Positions 18,301-25,369 of a stretch of DNA of 25,369 nt are shown one piece after another. Positions within the stretch are counted from its first letter, which is position 1. Every line of letters starts with the position of its first letter. A model generated the notes under the pieces. That model was not told the origin of the DNA. It did no database searches and worked only from the letters and a program-made list of their open reading frames with translations. The position numbers and the translations under genes are program-made. The stretch is taken from contig JAPLDX010000033.1 of the NCBI GenBank assembly GCA_026391215.1, forward strand, positions 1 through 25,369, in the 5' to 3' direction. Source of the stretch: Bacteroidia bacterium (lineage in GTDB: Bacteria; Bacteroidota; Bacteroidia; Bacteroidales; VadinHA17).

Positions 18301-19311
18301 TTATTCTGAAAAAATCTTCGATAATATGGTTTTCCAGACTTCGTACTGGTTATATTTTTCCCTGATCAGCCGGAGAGCGTATTCTATATAAGGTTTTTGC
18401 ATGGCAGGATTCTTCATATAATAAAGGCTCTTGTCAATATACTCTTCGGGTGTCAGAGCAAGGACAACCTCCTTCTCATCATAAAAGCTGAGGATGCCTT
18501 CGTTATCCGTTACTCCAAACCTGCCAAGTGAAAATACTGTCCAGAACCTGTCCATGATGCCTTTCTCAACTTTCCAGGATGTTGCGTGAATTATGGGACA
18601 TAATGCTGCCAGCTTCAGGGCTTCAACATGTTCACTGACTGATACAGGACCCTTCCTGGTTCCGCGGCCTGCAATATAGCTTTTGCCTGTAGCATCAATA
18701 AGCGGCTGCAGGTATGTATCCCATTCAGAGATATTCCCCCTGTAAAGTGAACCCCACCGGGAACCGACAAAAGCCAGATCATACCTGAAATTGCTGATAA
18801 TCGGATTGCTTTTCATTATATCATCATGTGAAACAGTCATTGTTCCCCATGGGATCCAGAATATCCGATCCTTATATTTATCAGTAATTTTCTTTTTTTC
18901 AGGGAAGCTCTCTGTATCAGTTCTGGCTCCGAAAGCATAGAAACGGTAGCCTGTAGCGTTCAGCAGATCAAGCTTCTGGTACTGCGGCCAGTGCCATCCT
19001 TTAAAAAAATTAACCGGATCTGATGTCCATTCCCTGTTGCGGCTTTCAGGACTTGCATCGAAGCTTGTAAGCTTCTGTATCATTATGCTGTCTTTGTGAG
19101 GCTTATATTTATTTATAAGCTCAATGGTATCAGGATTGTTCCAGCAGATGTATAAACAGGGTTTCTTATGATCGATTTTATTTACATTGATATGATATGC
19201 ATTGTATCCGAGCAGCCTGAAAGTCTCTGCAAGATAGCTCCATGGCCAGAAGTTGGTATGCTTGCTGCTGAAGAAATATTTCGGGATATATCCGACAAGA
19301 TAAATATTCAT
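18301..19311 (-). CDS. Putative glycosyltransferase (CgeB/Glyco_trans_1_2-like C-terminal domain)
   Basis: YDLAFVGS, IMDRFWTVFSLGRFGVTDN, FYDEKEVV...EEYIDKSLYYMKNP; located in the glycan locus. Confidence 0.6.
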   Translation of the reverse strand: MNIYLVGYIPKYFFSSKHTNFWPWSYLAETFRLLGYNAYHINVNKIDHKKPCLYICWNNPDTIELINKYKPHKDSIMIQKLTSFDASPESRNREWTSDPVNFFKGWHWPQYQKLDLLNATGYRFYAFGARTDTESFPEKKKITDKYKDRIFWIPWGTMTVSHDDIMKSNPIISNFRYDLAFVGSRWGSLYRGNISEWDTYLQPLIDATGKSYIAGRGTRKGPVSVSEHVEALKLAALCPIIHATSWKVEKGIMDRFWTVFSLGRFGVTDNEGILSFYDEKEVVLALTPEEYIDKSLYYMKNPAMQKPYIEYALRLIREKYNQYEVWKTILSKIFSE

Positions 19312-19312
19312 A

Positions 19313-20812
19313 TCAGGTGTTATTTATTTTGAAAAATGATCGCAATCTGCCAATAATGGTGGTCTTAATACCGTCAACATCCTTTGAAACCTTAAGGAGG
19401 ATGATCAGTGATCCGAATACAATTGTCATCATGGCGCTTCTTACGAAAATATCAAGAATAAAATTTGAAAGCTCGGGGATGAGAAGACTAAAAAGATAGG
19501 TTATTACTATAACAATTAAAACAATTAATATTCTTTTATCATATGGGAACAATTTATACTTTACATACAGGAATACAAACTGCATCAGGTTGTAAATCAG
19601 GCTGGAAATCAATGAAGCCAGTGCTGCACCGACTATTCCCAGTACCGGTATGAGGACGAGGTTTGTGACAACAACCAGCAGTCCGAAGGCACATGTAAAA
19701 TAAGCATTATACCTGTAATCCTTAGACAGATTAATTATTGAACTGCTGACTCCGGTTGACATTGTAATAAATGTACTTAATCCGAAAAAGAAAATAACAT
19801 ATTTACCGCTTAAATATTCAGGCGATAATATGTGAAATACATTGGAAATATTTGCCCATATCCCTGCAAAAACGAGGCCCCCGATGATAGCCTGGTTCAG
19901 GCAGCTTTTATAATAAACCTGACTGATGGTATCAATATCATTAATTTTCCAGGCATCGGAAATTACCGATGTAGATATTCTGTTAATCGAACGCGACGGG
20001 AGCGAAACGATACTTCCGAACAGGAGAGATATTGAATAAATGCCTGTAGCGCTAAGATCTATCATAGAGTTGATCATTATAGTATCAACTCTCTGAATGA
20101 TTATATTGCTGAAGCCGATAACGATTCCAAACATGCTGACATATATTATCTCCTTTTTCAGATTCCTGTCAATGTAACTGAACTCAGATCTCATGAAGGT
20201 CTGTTTCTTCAGTATCAGGGGATAAAAGATGAGTATTCCCGGAATACATAATGCGGATATGTACAGAAGAACAAATGAATGAAAGCTGAGCAGGCTGATA
20301 ATAAACAATACGGTCAATAACAATATGGCACAACGCTGAACTACTTCAGTCAGGAATGTACCGTAAGTGGCATTGAATAAAGCCCGGTTGTATGAATCAA
20401 AAATAGTGTAAAGAAGCAGAAATAGTATCAGCGGCGGAATAAGGTGAAGATAAGTTACAAACAGCGGCGATTGCTCAATACTGTCCTTGATTATCAATGG
20501 CTTAAGCAGCAGAAACAATAAAATGGATAATAAACAGCCAATAGCGGTTACTGCAGCGGTAAGGAAAAAGAAACCATGATGTTGTTTGGTCTCATCCCTG
20601 AAATAAGGGAACAGCCTTATTACAACGCTGGTAAATCCAAGGCTGGCAAAAACGGAAAATAATGTTGAATAGCTGGCAAGAAGGGTAAGCAGGCCGATCT
20701 GCTCGGTTGACAGGAATCTCGGGAAAAGCAATCCGGCAGTAATAAAACCAATTACTGTACCGATATATGAATAGATCGTGCCCTTTATCGATTGTCTTTT
20801 TATTACTCCCAA
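19313..20812 (-). CDS. wzx: Oligosaccharide flippase (Wzx/MOP family)
   Basis: MGVIKRQSIKGTIYSYIG N-terminus, many TM segments, DTIMI...TGIYSI, NLVLIPVLGIVGAALAS. TTG start. Confidence 0.88.
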   Translation of the reverse strand: MGVIKRQSIKGTIYSYIGTVIGFITAGLLFPRFLSTEQIGLLTLLASYSTLFSVFASLGFTSVVIRLFPYFRDETKQHHGFFFLTAAVTAIGCLLSILLFLLLKPLIIKDSIEQSPLFVTYLHLIPPLILFLLLYTIFDSYNRALFNATYGTFLTEVVQRCAILLLTVLFIISLLSFHSFVLLYISALCIPGILIFYPLILKKQTFMRSEFSYIDRNLKKEIIYVSMFGIVIGFSNIIIQRVDTIMINSMIDLSATGIYSISLLFGSIVSLPSRSINRISTSVISDAWKINDIDTISQVYYKSCLNQAIIGGLVFAGIWANISNVFHILSPEYLSGKYVIFFFGLSTFITMSTGVSSSIINLSKDYRYNAYFTCAFGLLVVVTNLVLIPVLGIVGAALASLISSLIYNLMQFVFLYVKYKLFPYDKRILIVLIVIVITYLFSLLIPELSNFILDIFVRSAMMTIVFGSLIILLKVSKDVDGIKTTIIGRLRSFFKINNT

Positions 20813-20852
20813 GGCCTCAAATAATTATCTAAAGTTACAATTTGTATAAAAC

Positions 20853-21767
20853 TCAAACCAGATCGTCTGAATATGTGTTGAGATGCCTGAATTTCCCATG
20901 AAACAGCGGATCGGATCTTCGGATCTTCCTGTACAGGTTTATCAGCCTTGCCAAAAGTTTTAATGGTCTCAGAGGCTTAAGTACATGAGTCACCGTCATG
21001 GCTTCAGGAGCACAATCAGCATATCTCGATGAATGTACATGATGATCATTATAATAAAGTATTTTGCTTTCATTCGTACTGATCTTTCTGACAGGCAGAT
21101 CATTAAGATTGTCATGGATCAGGACATTGATCCCGTTCCACCAGCCTTCCCTGGCTTCTTCTTTTGCTTCAGGAGTCATGTTATGCGGATGGGCTCCGGT
21201 ATACCTTTCAAAGGCAAGCTTAAATGAAGGATCAGCAGAGAGGAAATCATCATTTGCTTGCCTTACATGCCTGTAGTTGCTATCATCAATTACAATTACC
21301 GCATTTTCGCTTAAGTAAGGCTTTACCAAAAGAAGGCACATCAGCTGACTCCGGTAGTCATGAGGACCATCAATAAAACAGAGGCCTGCTTTTATGCCAC
21401 CGGTGTAATCCTGCAGATTCTTTAATGCAGCCTCCATATCACAGTTTATAAGATTTGCATTTTCAATGCCAAGCCTCAAACAATGCTCCTTTATTAGATT
21501 ATAGTTTTTTCTTTCCGGATCAAACTGCGAGAAGTTATCTATTCCATAAGCCTTGCCATTAAAAACCTTAGACACAGATATTAACGACATCCCCTGGAAA
21601 ACGCCTATTTCCAGGTACGCCTCTTTCTGAGGATCAAGACACCCGACAAGGTTTTGCAGCAGGGCAATGATCTTTTTTCCTGAAAATCCCGTAAGCAAAG
21701 GATCCGTGAACAGATACTCTTGGCTGTCGGGTGATTGAATTATGGATCTTACCTTATCGGTATTCAT
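20853..21767 (-). CDS. Class I SAM-dependent methyltransferase (Methyltransf_24-like)
   Basis: YLEIGVFQGMS, GIDNF, FIDGPHDY, VIVIDD. Confidence 0.85.
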   Translation of the reverse strand: MNTDKVRSIIQSPDSQEYLFTDPLLTGFSGKKIIALLQNLVGCLDPQKEAYLEIGVFQGMSLISVSKVFNGKAYGIDNFSQFDPERKNYNLIKEHCLRLGIENANLINCDMEAALKNLQDYTGGIKAGLCFIDGPHDYRSQLMCLLLVKPYLSENAVIVIDDSNYRHVRQANDDFLSADPSFKLAFERYTGAHPHNMTPEAKEEAREGWWNGINVLIHDNLNDLPVRKISTNESKILYYNDHHVHSSRYADCAPEAMTVTHVLKPLRPLKLLARLINLYRKIRRSDPLFHGKFRHLNTYSDDLV

Positions 21768-21784
21768 TTTATGGCCGGATTTAT

Positions 21785-22516
21785 TTAATATTTCCTGACT
21801 ATCTCCTCAAAGTCTCCCTCAGAGAACAAGGATGAAAGCCTTGATCCCGGACTACATAGGATAATATCTACCTTTTTCTTTTTCATCCTTTTAGCAATGA
21901 ATTCCCATCCCTTATAATGATTCCCCTGCTGAGGCTTGCTGTATTCCGTGCCTTTTCCGAAATAATCAGCCCTGAAATGATTCGGATCATGATCGCCTGA
22001 CGATTTATATACTATCCTTCTGCCGCTTTTATCTTCAGGATTATATTCAATATCAACATTTTTAATATTTGACTCAACATAATTGCAGTCAGTACCGAGG
22101 ATTATGAAGTTCTTGTATCCGAGGATCTTAAGCACAGGAACACAGGTTGCTCCAACATTGGCAATAATGCTCAGCCTGTCAAAATTATTTCCCCATATTC
22201 TCCTGTTGAGGAACCATGAACCCCTGAGATTCAGATAACATATCTTATTATTGTTTCCGAAATATTCCCGGGACCATTCCGGGAGAAAAAACTTTTCAAT
22301 AGGCGATGTCTCAATGAGTTCCTTTACCTTTTCCTTAATATTTTCAAGGACAATAGCATCAACTGTCATATAATACTTCGGGTAAAATCCCCAGTCGCTA
22401 TAAGCAATATATGCCCTGTTGAATGAAATTGTGTCTTTACCTTTAAGCTTGCTCAGATCTATTCTATTCAGACTTGGTCCGTTGCCGATAATATATATTG
22501 AATTACTTTTTGTCAT
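21785..22516 (-). CDS. DUF115/Maf/GT42-like putative ulosonic-acid transferase
   Basis: IIGNGPSLNRID...ISFNRAY, LGYKNFIILGTDCNY, DPNHF..DYFG; resembles the GNGPSL motif of the CstII and Maf families. Confidence 0.65.
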   Translation of the reverse strand: MTKSNSIYIIGNGPSLNRIDLSKLKGKDTISFNRAYIAYSDWGFYPKYYMTVDAIVLENIKEKVKELIETSPIEKFFLPEWSREYFGNNNKICYLNLRGSWFLNRRIWGNNFDRLSIIANVGATCVPVLKILGYKNFIILGTDCNYVESNIKNVDIEYNPEDKSGRRIVYKSSGDHDPNHFRADYFGKGTEYSKPQQGNHYKGWEFIAKRMKKKKVDIILCSPGSRLSSLFSEGDFEEIVRKY

Positions 22517-22562
22517 CAGGCAATCTATTTGATCCTTCTTCTTAACCTCATCACATGCAAAT

Positions 22563-23462
22563 TTACGACATTAACAGCGCCATACTCACCCAATATCGGA
22601 ACCTGATGATCATGATTCCCTTCCGGAACCTGAACGTAATGAAATAAAACAGTGAAATAAATATTGAGGCAGCCCATTTGAGATCTTCTGACATTAAGGT
22701 TTTTATCAATGAAGAAGTACCTTCAATTTGTGCCTGGATTCTCTTGCCTCTTCCTGTCCCGATAGCCTGTTCCCTGATAAAATCAACAGTTGTCCGTTCC
22801 TCCGGAACAAGGTGATATACGACAGCGTCAGCAATATACCAAAGTTGAATCCCATTATTTTTAAGCCTGTAAAACAGCTCCTTTTCTTCACCTCCGGTTA
22901 AGACATTGCCAAACCTTCCCAGCCTTGTATCGAATGGTTCGAAAGTATCGAAAAGTAATTTACGGAAGGTCATATTTGAGCCCCTGAAATAGTTGTGTTT
23001 AAAAAGCCTGGTCCTGTCACCATAGTTAAAATAACCAAGCAGTGGTGACAGGAATCTGTTGTACCAGTCTGGCTTCCTGTCCATGAACTGAAGAAGTATC
23101 TTACCTCCTGCGGCACCTGCTTCCGGGTGTTCATCGAAGAATAAAACTGTCTTTTCAAGGAAATCCTCTGCAGGCAGTGCATCATCATCAATAAATGTAA
23201 CCAGTTCATGAACAGCCTCTTTAATACCTCTGTTCCTTGCATAAGATAATCCCTGGTTTGTTTCTGTAAAATACCGGACATTAATTTTTTCGCTGTTATC
23301 CGCAAATTCCCTGGATAAAAATTCAGTTTCATCAATCGAATTATTATTAATGATCAGTATCTCAAACTGGTCAGGCGGCAATGTCTGGCCCTTCAGTGAA
23401 TCAAATAATCCGGGAAGAAATCGCGCCCTGTTATAGGTCGATATGATCGCAGAGATTTTCAA
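22563..23462 (-). CDS. Glycosyltransferase family 2
   Basis: ISAIISTYNR, INNNSID, GLSYARNRG, FIDDDA, GGEEKEL. TTG start. Confidence 0.93.
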   Translation of the reverse strand: MKISAIISTYNRARFLPGLFDSLKGQTLPPDQFEILIINNNSIDETEFLSREFADNSEKINVRYFTETNQGLSYARNRGIKEAVHELVTFIDDDALPAEDFLEKTVLFFDEHPEAGAAGGKILLQFMDRKPDWYNRFLSPLLGYFNYGDRTRLFKHNYFRGSNMTFRKLLFDTFEPFDTRLGRFGNVLTGGEEKELFYRLKNNGIQLWYIADAVVYHLVPEERTTVDFIREQAIGTGRGKRIQAQIEGTSSLIKTLMSEDLKWAASIFISLFYFITFRFRKGIMIIRFRYWVSMALLMS

Positions 23463-23473
23463 ATATGCGGTTA

Positions 23474-25024
23474 CTAAATCTTTTTTAAAGCTTCTTTTAC
23501 CGATACCAGGTCCTTTATTGTGTTCCTGAGCATTTCTGTTGACACTCTTTCCTGCTTCATTGAATCGCGGTACCTAATTGTAATGGTATTATCTTCAATC
23601 GTCTGGTGATCAATGGTAATGCAATATGGCGTTCCTATTGCATCCTGCCTGCGGTACCTTCTGCCGATGGAATCCTTGTCATCATACTGGCAGTTAAAAT
23701 CAAACTTCAGGTCATCGACAATTTTTTCTGCTATTTCAGGAAGGCCGTCCTTTTTGACAAGCGGCATAACAGCAAGCTTGACAGGGGCAAGGAATGACGG
23801 TAGTCTTAAGACTACGCGTGTATCCGTGCTTCCGTCCTCTTTCTTAAGCTCTTCTTCAAGGTATGCTGCCGAGATGACATGAAGGAACATCCTGTCAACC
23901 CCTATGGATGTCTCAATTACATATGGAATATAGGATTCTCCCTTCTCAGGATCGAAGTATTGCATCTTTTTGCCGCTGTATTCCTGGTGCTGTTTCAGAT
24001 CGAAATCAGTCCGGGAATGGATCCCTTCAACCTCCTTAAATCCAAACGGGAATTTATATTCTATGTCAGTGGCGGCATTTGCATAATGAGCTAGCTTGGT
24101 ATGATCGTGGAAACGATAGTTCTCATCCCCGAAACCGAGAGCCCTGAACCACTTCATTCTTATGTCCTTCCAGTATCTGAACCACTCCATTTCAGTTCCC
24201 GGTTGAATGAAATACTGCATTTCCATCTGTTCAAATTCTCTCATCCTAAAGATGAACTGCCGTGCAACTATCTCATTGCGGAAAGCCTTGCCTATCTGTG
24301 CAATGCCGAACGGTATCTTCATTCGCCCGGTCTTCTGGACATTGAGAAAATTGACAAAGATACCCTGTGCGGTTTCAGGACGCAGGTAGACCTTGCTGGC
24401 TCCTTCCGAGGTCGATCCCATTTCTGTTGCAAACATGAGGTTAAACTGCCTTACGTCTGTCCAGTTCCTGGTGCCTGATACCGGGCATACTATCTCATTA
24501 TCTATGATTATCTGTCGAAGCTCATTCAGGTCCGTGGCATTCATAGCCTTTGTGTACCGGGCATTTATCTCATCTAACTTTGTCTGGTTCGCAATTACCC
24601 TTTGATTTGTCTCCCTGAACTTTTTCTCATCAAATGCAGCTCCGAACTTTTCACGGGCTTTTTCAACTTCCTTATTGATCTTTTCTTCAAATTTTGCCAG
24701 ATGCTCTTCTATCAGCACATCGGCACGATACCTTTTCTTTGAATCTTTATTGTCAATAAGCGGGTCATTAAAAGCATCAACATGTCCCGAAGCTTTCCAA
24801 ATCGTGGGATGCATAAAAATGGCAGAGTCAATGCCTACAACATTTTCATGGAGCAGCACCATGCTGTCCCACCAGTATTTTTTAATATTGTTTTTAAGCT
24901 CAACGCCGTACTGTCCATAATCATAAACTGCGCTTAAACCGTCGTAAATTTCACTTGACGGGAAAACATAACCATACTCCTTGCAGTGAGAAACCAGCTT
25001 CTTGAAAATATCTTCCTGGGCCAT
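23474..25024 (-). CDS. glyQS: Glycine--tRNA ligase (homodimeric alpha2 type)
   Basis: SSEIYDG, WKASGHVDAFNDP, YLRPETAQGIF, FRNEI, MREFEQMEMQ, SIGRRYRRQDAIGTPYC. Start assigned to MAQEDIFK (ATG 25024). Confidence 0.97.
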   Translation of the reverse strand: MAQEDIFKKLVSHCKEYGYVFPSSEIYDGLSAVYDYGQYGVELKNNIKKYWWDSMVLLHENVVGIDSAIFMHPTIWKASGHVDAFNDPLIDNKDSKKRYRADVLIEEHLAKFEEKINKEVEKAREKFGAAFDEKKFRETNQRVIANQTKLDEINARYTKAMNATDLNELRQIIIDNEIVCPVSGTRNWTDVRQFNLMFATEMGSTSEGASKVYLRPETAQGIFVNFLNVQKTGRMKIPFGIAQIGKAFRNEIVARQFIFRMREFEQMEMQYFIQPGTEMEWFRYWKDIRMKWFRALGFGDENYRFHDHTKLAHYANAATDIEYKFPFGFKEVEGIHSRTDFDLKQHQEYSGKKMQYFDPEKGESYIPYVIETSIGVDRMFLHVISAAYLEEELKKEDGSTDTRVVLRLPSFLAPVKLAVMPLVKKDGLPEIAEKIVDDLKFDFNCQYDDKDSIGRRYRRQDAIGTPYCITIDHQTIEDNTITIRYRDSMKQERVSTEMLRNTIKDLVSVKEALKKI

Positions 25025-25051
25025 AAATAGTTCATTTGTGTTTGCGGACGG

Positions 25052-25059
25052 TAAAAGTA
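25052..25059 (-). promoter_or_regulatory. Candidate -7 box (TACTTTTA) for the glyS-led operon
   Basis: One mismatch to TAnnTTTG, about 27 nt before the ATG, with TTG about 20 nt upstream. Confidence 0.4.
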
Positions 25060-25127
25060 ACTCAAAATCTTTGGTTTTACAACCAAAATTGGCCTCAACT
25101 CCTCCCGTCCGCATATCTGCTTTTAAT

Positions 25128-25291
25128 CACATGTACTCACCCCTCATTTAATAATTTCACGTACCCTTCCCCTTAACCCTCCCGACCTGCTGTATAGTCA
25201 GCACGTACCCTCCCCCTTGATCCCCCTCCCTGCTATATAGTCAACATGTACCCTCCCCCTTGATCCCCCTCCCTGCTTCGCAAGGAGGGGG
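25128..25291. repeat. Tandem array of four REP-like units, progressively degenerate outward
   Basis: GTAC cores at 25133, 25161, 25205 and 25248. Only the innermost unit keeps the full hairpin. Confidence 0.88.
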
Positions 25292-25318
25292 AAATGACTT
25301 TGTGTATGTTGCTGATTA

Positions 25319-25369
25319 TTAGTTTATTTGGGTGAGGAATGTATTTATCCTGATGAGTACTTCCTGCAT
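25319..25369 (-). CDS. 3' end of a second DUF559 gene (…MQEVLIRINTFLTQIN*), partial
   Basis: Identical to 11051-11101. Whether the full gene is intact cannot be seen. Confidence 0.8.
   Translation of the reverse strand: MQEVLIRINTFLTQIN

Larger units (their letters stand above)
25119..25369 (-). mobile_element. Second, inverted copy of the DUF559 element (truncated by the window end)
   Basis: 25248-25369 is the exact reverse complement of 11051-11172. Confidence 0.7.

Noticed and set aside
25025-25114. 30-aa N-terminal extension of GlyRS
   Set aside because: Conserved-looking sequence starts at MAQEDIFK, and the extension spans the candidate promoter.
25128-25291. CRISPR array
   Set aside because: The units are contiguous and degenerate with no unique spacers, and no cas genes are visible.
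25060-25291. T-box or glycine riboswitch upstream of glyS
   Set aside because: No T-box or riboswitch motif is recognisable, and the region is explained by the REP-like units.

Overview
A 25.4-kb window from a Bacteroidota genome, probably Bacteroidales. The evidence is a T9SS type-B CTD protein paired with PorP/SprF, TAnnTTTG -7 promoter boxes and signal peptides that expose an N-terminal Gln. Left part (+ strand): a 5'-truncated, highly repetitive fibre-like protein, an FKBP-family protein with a degenerate active site, two short tandem-repeat arrays, a 1.5-kaa SprB-repeat/CHU_C protein and its PorP/SprF partner. Right part (mostly - strand): glycyl-tRNA synthetase followed by a surface-glycan locus (GT2, GT42/Maf-like protein, methyltransferases, Wzx, two GT-B proteins, YfhO). 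A divergent three-gene cassette (2-hydroxyacid dehydrogenase, SDR, NeuA-like cytidylyltransferase) is embedded in that locus. The most striking feature is missing from the ORF track. At 10567-11186 a DUF559 (Vsr-like) endonuclease gene, interrupted by TGA at its conserved Trp codon, has its own promoter and is bracketed by inverted REP-like hairpins. The last 122 bp of the window are an exact reverse-complement copy of this element's 3' end, so the roughly 14-kb glyS/glycan block lies between two inverted copies of what looks like a transposase-free mobile element. All protein family calls come from motif recognition by eye; no database searches were run.
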